From contig JBBQFH010000022.1 in the NCBI GenBank assembly GCA_038321865.1, positions 1-51,372 of the forward strand: a DNA stretch of 51,372 nt, written 5' to 3'. The notes below the pieces were generated by a model. That model had not been told where the DNA came from and did no database searches. It was given only the letters and a program-made list of their open reading frames with translations. Of this stretch, positions 1 through 9,174 are shown piece after piece. Source of the DNA: Gemmatimonadales bacterium (lineage in GTDB: Bacteria > Gemmatimonadota > Gemmatimonadetes > Gemmatimonadales > GWC2-71-9). Each line of letters opens with the position of its first letter. Position 1 is the stretch's first letter. Position numbers and translations under genes: made by a program.

Positions 1-831
1 GCAGACGACAACGCGTCGGGCGCGGCGGAGCTGATACACATCTCCGAGGCGCTGGCGGCGGATCCTCCGGCCAGCACCGTCGTGTACATTTCGTTCAGCG
101 GCGAGTACCTGGGGATGTTCGGCTCCTCCTACTACGTCAAGCATCCGATCTATCCGCTGAACACGACGCTGGCGATGCTGAACCTCGACATGGTGGGGCG
201 GCTCAGAAATCGCCGGCTCATCGTCTACGGCACCGCGACGGCCCGCGAGTTCCCCGCGCTGCTCGATTCGCTCAACACGCCGGCCCGCTTCGACCTGCGC
301 AGCCAGGGAGACGGATACGGCCCGAGCGATCAGTCGTCATTCTTCGCCGCGCGCCGGCCGGTGCTGCACTTCTTCACCGACCTGCACACGGACTACCACC
401 GGACGACCGATGACTGGCAGAAGATCAACGCGGCGGGCGAGGCCGACGTGATCGATTTCGTCACCCGCGCGGCGACGGCGCTGGCCAACCGGCCCGGCCC
501 GCTCACCTTCGTCGATCAGGCGCCCGCGGCCGCGGCCCACGCGGCGGCGGCCGTGACGCCGGGCTACGGGGCGTATCTCGGGACCATCCCCGACATGACC
601 GATAACCCCGGCGGCGTGCAGCTGAGCGGCGTCCGCGCCGGAAGCCCCGCGGACCAGGCGGGCCTCCGTGCGGGCGACATCATCACGCGCATCGGCGACC
701 GGGACGTGACTGACCTTCAGGCGATGACCGACGCGCTCCGCAGCCACAGGGCCGGCGACGTGGTCGAGATCCGCATCCGGCGCGGAGCGGAAGCGGTCGT
801 GCTGAAGGCCACCCTCGGCACGCGGAGTTGA
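1..831 (+). CDS. M28 family metallopeptidase with C-terminal PDZ domain (5'-truncated by window edge)
   Basis: Frame 1 is open from base 1: (G)ADDNASG, FSGEYLG (M28 xEExG region), NLDMVG, PSDQ and YH motifs; C-terminal PDZ (YLGTIPD...GSPADQAGLRAGDII). Confidence 0.85.
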   Translation, partial: ADDNASGAAELIHISEALAADPPASTVVYISFSGEYLGMFGSSYYVKHPIYPLNTTLAMLNLDMVGRLRNRRLIVYGTATAREFPALLDSLNTPARFDLRSQGDGYGPSDQSSFFAARRPVLHFFTDLHTDYHRTTDDWQKINAAGEADVIDFVTRAATALANRPGPLTFVDQAPAAAAHAAAAVTPGYGAYLGTIPDMTDNPGGVQLSGVRAGSPADQAGLRAGDIITRIGDRDVTDLQAMTDALRSHRAGDVVEIRIRRGAEAVVLKATLGTRS

Positions 832-1292
832 TGCCGATGGCGATTCTCGACGGCGACCGGGTGGTCGCGGCCCTGCGCGGCGCCTTTGCACGGGACGAGG
901 TTCGCGCCGACCTGCTGCGTATCGGGGCGGAAAAAATCCGCGCCGCCGGCGCCCCGTACACCTCCGTCTACATGTACATGCTGCACGGGAATGAGCTGGT
1001 GCTGGAGGCGTTCGCGGGCCGGGAGACGGAGCACACGCGCATCGCGGTCGGTCAAGGTGTGTGTGGAACCGCCGTGTCGGCCGGTGCGGACCAGAACGTC
1101 GGCGACGTGCGGGCCATCGGCAACTACATCGCCTGCAACATCTGGACTCGGAGTGAACTCGTCGTGCTGATCCGGCGCGGCGCGACGATTCTCGGACAGA
1201 TCGACGTGGACAGCGACGTGCCCGACCCGTTCACCGCGGAAGAGCAGGCCGAGGTGCGGAAGGTGGCCGATGCGCTGGCGGTGCTGCTGTAG
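831..1292 (+). CDS. Stand-alone GAF domain protein, free methionine-(R)-sulfoxide reductase (fRMsr/MsrC)-like
   Basis: GVCGTA, YIAC, SELVV and GQIDVDS motifs; ATG overlaps the upstream TGA (TGATG). Confidence 0.75.
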   Translation: MPMAILDGDRVVAALRGAFARDEVRADLLRIGAEKIRAAGAPYTSVYMYMLHGNELVLEAFAGRETEHTRIAVGQGVCGTAVSAGADQNVGDVRAIGNYIACNIWTRSELVVLIRRGATILGQIDVDSDVPDPFTAEEQAEVRKVADALAVLL

Positions 1293-1313
1293 GTGCGGGC
1301 CCCGCCGCGAGCC

Positions 1314-2153
1314 ATGGATGAACGGACCGCCACGCGCCAGGTGAATGGCGTCGCGCTGTTCGAGCGCCGTGTCGGCGAAGGGCCCGCGACCATCGTGCTG
1401 CACGGGGGGCCGGGGGCGGATCATGGCTACCTGCTGCCCGGCTTCGATGCGCTCGCCGACGGTCGCACCCTGGTGTACTACGACCAGCGCGGCGGCGGAC
1501 GGTCGCCGGTTGCGCGCGAGGTGCCGGTCGGCTGGCGGGAACAGGTGGCCGATCTCGAAGCGCTGCGCCGGCTCTGGGGCACCGACCAGCTCGCGCTGGC
1601 CGGATATTCCTGGGGCGGGCTTCTCGCGATGCTGTACGCGATCGAACATCCCGATCGCGTGTCGCACCTGGCGCTGGTATCTCCGGCACCGGCCTGGCGG
1701 GAAGCGCGGGACCGGTTCGAGCGCGAATTTGGCCGGCGCAATCTCGAGCCGTCGCTGCAGGCCGCTCGCGCCGAGCTGCGGGCGAGCGGGCTCCGGGAGC
1801 AGGATCCGGACGCGTATGCACGGCGGATCTTCGAGCTGAGCGTGGTTCCCTATTTTCACGACCCGTCGCGGGTCGGTGAGCTCACCCCGTTCCGCGTCAC
1901 CGGCCGCACCCAGCAGGAGGTGTGGGCAAGCCTCGGTGACTATGACATCCGGCCCGGGCTGGCCGGCCTGACGGCACCGGCGATCGTCCTGCACGGCGAC
2001 AGCGACCCGATTCCGCCGGACAACGCGCGCGCGATCGCGCTGGCGCTCCGCGCGCCGATCCACGAGCTGGCCCGGTGCGGCCACGTCCCCTACGTCGAGG
2101 CCCTCGGCGAGTTCACCGCTCGGCTCGACGCGTTCCTGCCCCGGGCGCGGTAG
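1314..2153 (+). CDS. Alpha/beta hydrolase, proline iminopeptidase-like
   Basis: HGGPG, YDQRGGGRS, GYSWGG nucleophile elbow, HGDSD, CGH. Confidence 0.85.
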   Translation: MDERTATRQVNGVALFERRVGEGPATIVLHGGPGADHGYLLPGFDALADGRTLVYYDQRGGGRSPVAREVPVGWREQVADLEALRRLWGTDQLALAGYSWGGLLAMLYAIEHPDRVSHLALVSPAPAWREARDRFEREFGRRNLEPSLQAARAELRASGLREQDPDAYARRIFELSVVPYFHDPSRVGELTPFRVTGRTQQEVWASLGDYDIRPGLAGLTAPAIVLHGDSDPIPPDNARAIALALRAPIHELARCGHVPYVEALGEFTARLDAFLPRAR

Positions 2154-2183
2154 CCCCAAGGGCGGAGTGATTTACCTTCCGGC

Positions 2184-2849
2184 ATGACGTCGTCCCGTCC
2201 CACTCCCTTCGACCTGGTGTTTGCACCGCTGGCGGACGATCGCTTCCCGCCAATCCAGGCCGCGCTGGCTGCCGGCGGATCCGATCCGCGTGACCGCGAC
2301 GCCTTCCTCATGACCCGGGAAGTGATCCAGTTCATCCGTGACCTCCGGCCCGAGGACGGCGTCGGCGGGGAGATCGACCAGCTCATCGCGCTGGTCCATC
2401 ACGCCTATCTGTTCTGGCTCGCCGGCACACCAGCCCTGGAGCTGACTACACCCGAGCTCGACACCCTGCTCGGCGCCGCGCCCGCCGCACCGCTGCGCGG
2501 CGACACCCCTCCGGCGTACTACACCCAGCTGCCGGAACGGCGGGTGTGGGCGGAAGTCGTCCCCGGCGCCGCGCATGAGCCGCTCGACGGGCTGTTTCTT
2601 ACTCTGACACCGGCCGGCCCGTTGCGCGTCCTCGGGGCGTTCGGCCTCCACGAGGACCGCATGGGCCTGAGCGTCGTGGAGGTCACCGGCCCCAGGCCTG
2701 TCGGCCTCGAGCGGCCCGACGGCACCAGCCTCTTTTCGGCGGCACTCCCAGGGGGTGCGGCGGCGGGTCTGGCGTCGCTCGTGGGCGCGGAGGAGCTCCT
2801 GGAGCTCGGCTGGCGCGCCCACGCCTTCGCGATCGAGAAATCGCGGTGA
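2184..2849 (+). CDS. Hypothetical protein, first gene of the polX-nth operon
   Basis: 221-aa ORF with coding-like codon bias; TACCTT 5 nt upstream of ATG; GTGA overlap with polX. Confidence 0.75.
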   Translation: MTSSRPTPFDLVFAPLADDRFPPIQAALAAGGSDPRDRDAFLMTREVIQFIRDLRPEDGVGGEIDQLIALVHHAYLFWLAGTPALELTTPELDTLLGAAPAAPLRGDTPPAYYTQLPERRVWAEVVPGAAHEPLDGLFLTLTPAGPLRVLGAFGLHEDRMGLSVVEVTGPRPVGLERPDGTSLFSAALPGGAAAGLASLVGAEELLELGWRAHAFAIEKSR

Positions 2850-4591
2850 CCGATAGCCTGGTGGATTTTCTGGACAGGAAGGCGATCGCCAATGTGCTCG
2901 AGCAGATCGCCGGCCTGCTCGAGCTCAAGGGCGAGAACGCGTTCCGGGTGCGTGCGTTCCGCACCGCCGCCCGTGCCGTGGCGACCCTCGGCGTCGACCT
3001 CGCGCCGGCTCTCGCCGGCGGCTCACTGGCCCGGACTCGCGGCATCGGCCCGGTCACCCTCGCCATCATCACCGAGCTGGCCGGGTCGGGCCGGTCCGCG
3101 ATGCTCGAGCAGCTCCGCGCCGAAATCCCGGCGGGCCTGGTCGAGATTTTCGAAGGATCCGGACTCAGCATCACCAAGGTCCGGCTGATTCATGAGCGGC
3201 TCGGCGTCGATTCGTTGCCCGAGCTCGAAGCGGCGGCGCGCGACGGGCGACTCGCGGCACTCCCGCGCTTCGGCCCGAAGACGGCGGCGAACGTGCTCAA
3301 GACCATCAGCTTTCTCCGGAAAGCCAGCGGATTTCGCCTGATGCATCACGCCGCCGCCGAAGCCGAGGCTCTCCGCGCGGCGCTGGCTCGCCTGCCCGGA
3401 GTCCTCGAGGTCACGGTCGCCGGCGAGGTGCGCCGCCGGTCGGAGGTCGTGGGCGAGCTGGTGCTGGTGGTCGTGTCCGACGCCTCGCCGTCCGAATTGT
3501 TTCGCCGGCTGGTCGAGCTGCCTGGCGTGCATGAGTTCGCGGGACAGGATGAGCGGCGGATCACCCTCCGCTTCGCCGGGGGTGGCACTGCCCAGGTGGT
3601 CGTGACCAGGCCGGTGAACGCCGGCGCTGTCCTGGTTCAGGCCACCGGCAATGATGCCCATCTCGCCGGGCTGGCCGATCGAGCGGCCACCCGCGGCTTC
3701 AGCCTGCACGGCGCGGCGCTCTGGCAGGGGAGTGCGTTCGTTCCCACGGCGGATGAGGCGACGCTCTATCGGGCCCTCGAGCTCGATCTGATTCCACCGG
3801 AGCTGCGTGAAGGCCGCGATGAGCTGGATCTCGCGGCCCGACACGCACTGCCACGGCTGCTGGAACGCGCCGACCTCCGGGGGGTCCTGCACTGCCATTC
3901 AAAGGACTCGGATGGCTCCAGCACGATCGAGGAGCTGGCCGGCGCCTGTCGCGCCGCCGGCTACGAATACGTCGGCATCACCGATCACAGCCAGGCCGCT
4001 TTCTACGCCGGCGGACTCAGGACCGATGCGCTCCTGCGCCAGATGGACGCGATCGACCGGCTCAACGATCGGCTCGACGGTATCCGGGTGCTCAAGGGCA
4101 TCGAGGCGGATATCCTGCAGAACGGACAGGTGGATTACGAGGTGGCTGTGCTCGCGAGGCTCGACTTCGTCATCGCCTCGGTGCACAGCCGCTTCAGCAT
4201 GGGCCAGCGGGAAATGACCGCGCGCATGCTGGCGGCCATGGACAATCCCTGCCTCACGATCCTCGGGCACCCGACCGGCCGCCTGCTCCTGTCGCGGGAT
4301 CCGTATCCGGTGGATCTCGACGCGGTCATCACGCGGGCCGCCGAAACCGGCGTGGCCCTCGAGATCAATGCCGATCCGCACCGTCTCGACCTGGATTGGC
4401 GCCGCCTGGCGCAGGCGCGCGCGGCGGGCGTCATGATCTCGATCGGTGCCGACGCCCACAGTCTTGCCGGCATTCCGAACGCCGAGTTCGGCGTCGCCAT
4501 GGCGCGGAAGGGCGGCCTCGGACCGGCGGACGTTCTCAACACCCGTTCGGTGGAGGAATTTCTCGCTTTTGCACGCCGGCGGCGGGCATGA
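2846..4591 (+). CDS. polX: X-family DNA polymerase/PHP-domain protein (PolX) with non-canonical polymerase active site
   Basis: N-terminal GENAFRVRAF, HhH motifs (RGIGP, PRFGPKT), IPPELRE; intact PHP motifs HCHS, TDHS, GIEADIL, SVHS, GHPTGR, DAHS. Confidence 0.9.
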   Translation: MTDSLVDFLDRKAIANVLEQIAGLLELKGENAFRVRAFRTAARAVATLGVDLAPALAGGSLARTRGIGPVTLAIITELAGSGRSAMLEQLRAEIPAGLVEIFEGSGLSITKVRLIHERLGVDSLPELEAAARDGRLAALPRFGPKTAANVLKTISFLRKASGFRLMHHAAAEAEALRAALARLPGVLEVTVAGEVRRRSEVVGELVLVVVSDASPSELFRRLVELPGVHEFAGQDERRITLRFAGGGTAQVVVTRPVNAGAVLVQATGNDAHLAGLADRAATRGFSLHGAALWQGSAFVPTADEATLYRALELDLIPPELREGRDELDLAARHALPRLLERADLRGVLHCHSKDSDGSSTIEELAGACRAAGYEYVGITDHSQAAFYAGGLRTDALLRQMDAIDRLNDRLDGIRVLKGIEADILQNGQVDYEVAVLARLDFVIASVHSRFSMGQREMTARMLAAMDNPCLTILGHPTGRLLLSRDPYPVDLDAVITRAAETGVALEINADPHRLDLDWRRLAQARAAGVMISIGADAHSLAGIPNAEFGVAMARKGGLGPADVLNTRSVEEFLAFARRRRA

Positions 4592-5247
4592 AGACCGGCA
4601 GGAGCAAGACGGCCCGGAAGGCGCGCGCGCTCGAAGTGCTCGCGCGCCTCGGGCGCGAGTATCCCGACGCGCGTTGCGCCCTCGATCACCGGAACGCATT
4701 CGAGCTGCTCTGCGCCACCATCCTCTCGGCGCAATGCACCGACGTGCGCGTCAACCTCATCACGCCGGCCCTCTTTTCCCGCTATCCCACCGCGTTCGAG
4801 CTGGCCCGCGCCCGGCCCGCCCAGGTGGAGGCAATCATCCGGCCCACCGGATTCTTTCGCAACAAGACGAAGAGCCTGCTCGGCATGGCGCAGGCCCTGG
4901 TGGCCGACTTTGGCGGGGGGGTGCCGCGCACGATGGACGAGCTGCACCGGTTGCCGGGCGTCGGGCGAAAGACCGCAAACGTGATCCTGGGCAACGCCTA
5001 TGGCATCAACGAGGGCGTGACCGTTGATACGCACGTCGGACGCCTGAGCCGGCGGCTGGCACTCAGCGCCGAAGACGATCCGGTGAAGGTGGAATCGGAT
5101 CTCATGTCACTGATCCCGCAGGATGACTGGGCACTGGTCTCCCATCTCCTCATCTTTCACGGGCGCCAGATCTGCGTCGCCCGGAAGCCGCGTTGCGAGC
5201 AGTGCGTGCTGTCCGACATCTGTCCCTCCGCATTCAGGATCCCATGA
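4588..5247 (+). CDS. nth: Endonuclease III (HhH-GPD DNA glycosylase/AP lyase, 4Fe-4S)
   Basis: LSAQCTD, LPGVGRKTANV, VDTHV, C-x6-C-x2-C-x5-C; ATGA overlap with polX. Confidence 0.95.
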   Translation: MKTGRSKTARKARALEVLARLGREYPDARCALDHRNAFELLCATILSAQCTDVRVNLITPALFSRYPTAFELARARPAQVEAIIRPTGFFRNKTKSLLGMAQALVADFGGGVPRTMDELHRLPGVGRKTANVILGNAYGINEGVTVDTHVGRLSRRLALSAEDDPVKVESDLMSLIPQDDWALVSHLLIFHGRQICVARKPRCEQCVLSDICPSAFRIP

Positions 5248-6071
5248 CGCCGCCAATGTCTGTCGCCTGGAGCCTGGTCGCGCGCGAGTACGCACGCCAC
5301 ATCATGCCCGGCTTCGCCGACGCGGCGCGCCAGCTCTGTCAGTTCGTCGACATCGAGCGCGGCGACCGCGTGCTCGACGTAGCCTGCGGCCCCGGAACGG
5401 CGGCGCAGGCGGCGCGCGCCCTCGGCGCGGGTGCGGTGACCGGAGTGGACTACGCAGTGGAGATGCTCGTCGTGGCGCGGGAGCTCACGGCCGGGCAGGC
5501 CGGCTTCACCTTCGTCGAAGGCGACGCGCTTGCGTTGCCGGTCGAGGATGGGGGCTACGATGTCGCGATTTCGAGCTTCGGGGCCATCTTCGCGCCGGAA
5601 CCGATTCGTGCCGTCGCCGAGCTTGCCCGTGCGCTGCGGCCCGGCGGCCGGGCCGGCCTCCTCGCCTGGCTCGATGGGGGAACCACGCAGGAGTACTATG
5701 AGCTGATCTACCGCCACATCCCGAAACACCCTGCGCCGCACGATCCGTGCGATTGGGGCGTGCCCGAGCGGGCGGTCGCGTGGCTGGGCACGGCGTTCAC
5801 CGCGATCGAAACACGGTCGATCAACGTGCCGTTCGCCGCGGCGTCTCCCGAGATGGCCTGGAGTATTCTCAGCAGTGCGGCCGGGCGCGTGGCCGCGGGC
5901 TATCGCGAGCTCGGCAACGCGGCACGGCGCCGCCTCGATGACGAGATGCATCGACACTTCGAGCGATTCCGCGGCGAGGACGGCACGGTCGACTGGCCCC
6001 GCGAGGCGCTGCTGATCCGGAGCCGCAAGCCCGTGCCCCGCACCAAGGCTCCGGGCGAAGTCTTCATATGA
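5244..6071 (+). CDS. Class I SAM-dependent methyltransferase (UbiE-like fold)
   Basis: VLDVACGPG motif I, GDALALP, YDVAIS, LRPGG; ATGA overlap with nth. Confidence 0.88.
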   Translation: MTPPMSVAWSLVAREYARHIMPGFADAARQLCQFVDIERGDRVLDVACGPGTAAQAARALGAGAVTGVDYAVEMLVVARELTAGQAGFTFVEGDALALPVEDGGYDVAISSFGAIFAPEPIRAVAELARALRPGGRAGLLAWLDGGTTQEYYELIYRHIPKHPAPHDPCDWGVPERAVAWLGTAFTAIETRSINVPFAAASPEMAWSILSSAAGRVAAGYRELGNAARRRLDDEMHRHFERFRGEDGTVDWPREALLIRSRKPVPRTKAPGEVFI

Positions 6072-8179
6072 GTGCCAATCGCCTTGGCGGCGCCGCTTCG
6101 GCATACCTCCGCTCGGCGGCGCACCAGCCCATCCACTGGTATCCGTGGGGAGCCGAGGCATTCGCCGAGGCGCGCAGCGGCGACCGGCCCGTCCTGCTCG
6201 ATATCGGCGCAGTCTGGTGTCACTGGTGCCACGTGATGGATGGCGAGTCGTACGAGGACGCCGCGCTGGCGGCGTTTCTGAACGAGAACTTCGTCTGCGT
6301 CAAGGTGGACCGCGACGAGCGGCCCGACGTGGACGCTCGCTACCAGCGCGCGGTGCAGATGCTCACCGGCCAGGGCGGGTGGCCGCTCACCGCCTTTCTC
6401 GTCCCCAGCGGCGACGTGTTCTACGGCGGGACCTACTTTCCGCCCGACGGGCGTCTGGGGCGTCCCGGCTTTCGCACCGTACTGGCGAGCGTGCTCGAGG
6501 CGTATCGCGCGCGTCGGGACCAGGTGGTGACGCAGGCCGCGGCGATCCGCCGCGCGGTGGACGCCGGACTCGACGAATCGATGGCCGGGACGCCGACCAG
6601 CGGCCTCCTCGACCGCGCGGAAGCGCAGATGGCCCGCGCGTTCGATCCGGCGCATGGCGGCTTCGGCTCCGCCCCCAAGTTTCCGCATCCGGCCGCCCTG
6701 GTGTTTCTGCTGCATCGCTGGTCCGACGCCCCGACGCCCGAGCGCCGCACGATCATCGACCGTACGCTCCAGGGAATGGCGCGGGGCGGCATGCACGACC
6801 ATCTGGGCGGCGGATTTCATCGCTACAGCGTGGACCGCGAATGGATCGTGCCGCATTTCGAGAAGATGTCCTACGACAATTCCGAGCTGCTGCGGATCTA
6901 TGCGGATGCGGCGGCGGCGTTCGGCGACGCCGAATACGCCGCGGTGGCGCGCGGCATTGTCCGATGGGTGCGCGAGGTACTCGCCGATCCGGCCGGCGGC
7001 TACGGCGCGAGTCAGGACGCCGACGTCGGCCTGCATGACGACGGAGATTACTTCACCTGGACCCGCGATGAGGCGGCGGCCGAGCTCGCACCGGCGGAGT
7101 TCGAGGTCGCCTCGGCGTACTACGACATCGGCACCGCCGGCGAGATGCACCACAACCCGGGGAAGAACGTGCTCTTCATCGCGTCCACCGTATCGGCGAT
7201 CGCCGCGGGCGGGGGCCGTACCGAAGGCGAAACGCGCGCACTCCTCGCGTCGGCTGAGGCAAAGTTGCGGCTGGGACGAGCGCGCCGGGCGGCACCCTTC
7301 GTCGACCGGAGCCGCTACAGCGCCTGGAACGCGATGATGGCGTCGGCGCTGCTCCGAGCGGCGGCCGCGCTGGAGGACGGATGGGCGTGGAGCCACGCAC
7401 TCCTCACGCTGACGCGACTTCGATCGGAAAGTGCCGCGGCGGACACCATCGCGCACGCTTCCGGTGGCGTCACCGGCCTCCTGGACGACCAGGTCCACGT
7501 TGCCGCCGCGGCACTCGACGCCTTCGAGGCCACTGGCGATGCGAGCTGGCTGGACTGGGCTGAACGGCTGATGCACCGCGTCTGGGCCGACTACTGGGAC
7601 GACCAGGCCGGCGGGCTCTTCGATATCGCGCGCGGTCGGGAGGGCGAAGGACTGCTGCCCGCGCGCGCAAAGCCAGTCCAGGATGCCCCGACACCGTCGG
7701 CCAACGGCACGGCGGGGATCGTGGCCGTCCGGCTGGCGGCGCTGACCGACGCATCGCTCTGGGCCGAACGTGCGCGCGCCCTGCTCGACGCCTTCGGCGG
7801 GCGGGCCGAGGACCTCGGCCTCCATGGTGCGACCCTGCTGCTCGCGGCGGACTGGGCGATGAATCCCGCCACGCACTTCGTGGTGACGGGGCCGGCCCGG
7901 AGCGAGGCGGCCGGCCGGATGCATCGGCGGGCGCTGGCCACCTACGTTCCGCGCCGGGTGGTGCGCCGGGTCGTGCCTGGCGACGCGCGGCCGCTCCCGG
8001 CTGCGATCGCCGGGATGCTCGGACTGGCAGGCGACGAGCCGCGCGGCTTCCTCTGCACTGGTACCGAGTGCCGTGCGCCGGCCGACGAGGCGGCCTGGTC
8101 CGATCTCCTCGACGACCTTCTCGCGGGCCCGCGGGGAGGGATAGATTCCCCTCGTGCGGCGAGCGACTCCCGCGCCTGA
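6068..8179 (+). CDS. Thioredoxin-domain protein of the YyaL/SSP411 (DUF255) family
   Basis: [52 protein letters not shown]. Confidence 0.92.
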   Translation: MSANRLGGAASAYLRSAAHQPIHWYPWGAEAFAEARSGDRPVLLDIGAVWCHWCHVMDGESYEDAALAAFLNENFVCVKVDRDERPDVDARYQRAVQMLTGQGGWPLTAFLVPSGDVFYGGTYFPPDGRLGRPGFRTVLASVLEAYRARRDQVVTQAAAIRRAVDAGLDESMAGTPTSGLLDRAEAQMARAFDPAHGGFGSAPKFPHPAALVFLLHRWSDAPTPERRTIIDRTLQGMARGGMHDHLGGGFHRYSVDREWIVPHFEKMSYDNSELLRIYADAAAAFGDAEYAAVARGIVRWVREVLADPAGGYGASQDADVGLHDDGDYFTWTRDEAAAELAPAEFEVASAYYDIGTAGEMHHNPGKNVLFIASTVSAIAAGGGRTEGETRALLASAEAKLRLGRARRAAPFVDRSRYSAWNAMMASALLRAAAALEDGWAWSHALLTLTRLRSESAAADTIAHASGGVTGLLDDQVHVAAAALDAFEATGDASWLDWAERLMHRVWADYWDDQAGGLFDIARGREGEGLLPARAKPVQDAPTPSANGTAGIVAVRLAALTDASLWAERARALLDAFGGRAEDLGLHGATLLLAADWAMNPATHFVVTGPARSEAAGRMHRRALATYVPRRVVRRVVPGDARPLPAAIAGMLGLAGDEPRGFLCTGTECRAPADEAAWSDLLDDLLAGPRGGIDSPRAASDSRA

Positions 8180-8208
8180 CCTTCGACCAACTCCCGACGA
8201 GGCTCCAC

Positions 8209-8658
8209 GTGGCGAAAACCGCGACCATCGAAACCAGCAAGGGCACCATCGTGGCCGAGCTGTTCGACACCGAAGTGCCGGGGACCGTGGCCAATTTCGA
8301 GAAGCTGGCCAACAGCGAGTTCTACGACAAGACCCGGTTCCACCGCGTCATCAACGACTTCATGATCCAGGGCGGCGACCCGCTGTCGAAGGAGCCGGGA
8401 AACGCGCGCGTGGGGACCGGAGGGCCGGGCTACCACATCAAGTGCGAGACCCACCTCAACACCCATCGCCACGTGGCCGGCACGCTGTCGATGGCGCACG
8501 CAGGCAAGGACACCGGCGGGAGCCAGTTCTTCATCTGTCATTCGCCGCAGCCGCACCTCGATCGGAAGCACACGGTGTTCGGGCAGGTAACGACCGGCAT
8601 GGACGTGGTGAACGCCATCAAGGCCAACGACGTCGTCAACTCCATCCGCGTCGCCTGA
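8209..8658 (+). CDS. Cyclophilin-type peptidyl-prolyl cis-trans isomerase
   Basis: [38 protein letters not shown] start preceded by GAGG. Confidence 0.93.
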   Translation: MAKTATIETSKGTIVAELFDTEVPGTVANFEKLANSEFYDKTRFHRVINDFMIQGGDPLSKEPGNARVGTGGPGYHIKCETHLNTHRHVAGTLSMAHAGKDTGGSQFFICHSPQPHLDRKHTVFGQVTTGMDVVNAIKANDVVNSIRVA

Positions 8659-9071
8659 CCATCCAGCTCGACTTCGCGGTCATCGCCGATTACGCCCTGA
8701 TCGACCAGCAGGGCAAGCTCAGCGTGCTGGGGATGTTTCAGCATGTCTGGGTCGGAGAGTTCCCGGCCCTTCACCCGCGCACCCATCTGGTGCTGCGGGT
8801 GAAGGGCCGGCGCACGGAGATCGGGATGCATACCATCCGCATCCGCTTCGTGGACGATGCCGGCACCGAGCTCTTGGGTGGCGAGGGCACCGTGCAATTC
8901 GGGGAGCCGCCGGCCGGCGTGGTGGACGTCGAGGCCGGTGCCGTGCTGGTTTTCGATGTGCCGCTCCCCCGCCCCGGAGCGTACGCATTCCAGATCGCGC
9001 TGGATGGCGGCGCCAGCACGACGGTGCCCCTCATCGCCTCCCTCGCGCAGGCGATGGAATCACAGAATTGA
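8655..9071 (+). CDS. Small hypothetical protein (DUF6941-like); probable non-canonical CTG start
   Basis: The C-terminal part of ORF 8154..9071 reads as real protein ([21 protein letters not shown]...PGAY.F); no ATG/GTG lies between the cyclophilin stop and this motif; CTG overlaps the cyclophilin TGA. Confidence 0.7.
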   Translation: MTIQLDFAVIADYALIDQQGKLSVLGMFQHVWVGEFPALHPRTHLVLRVKGRRTEIGMHTIRIRFVDDAGTELLGGEGTVQFGEPPAGVVDVEAGAVLVFDVPLPRPGAYAFQIALDGGASTTVPLIASLAQAMESQN

Positions 9072-9087
9072 CGGCGATTCGAATGCT

Positions 9088-9116
9088 TTGACAAAGCCCC
9101 GTCCGGGCGGTAGACT
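9088..9116 (+). promoter_or_regulatory. Sigma70-type promoter of the fadL-like/SGNH operon
   Basis: TTGACA (9088-9093) - 17 nt - TAGACT (9111-9116), intergenic, 58 nt upstream of ATG 9175. Confidence 0.85.
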
Positions 9117-9174
9117 CAGGCGCTTCCCGTCCCACCACCCTCCAGCGGGCGCAGTCCCCAATCGGAGTGCAACT

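Noticed and set aside
5900..7924. 674-aa minus-strand ORF
   Set aside because: Shadow of the YyaL-family gene.
8154..8654. N-terminal extension of ORF 8154..9071
   Set aside because: Overlaps cyclophilin out of frame and reads as Arg/Gly/Pro-rich junk; only the part from 8655 looks coding. The ORF-track 5' extensions of nth, fadL-like, cls-like, fabH, leuS and others were trimmed for similar reasons.
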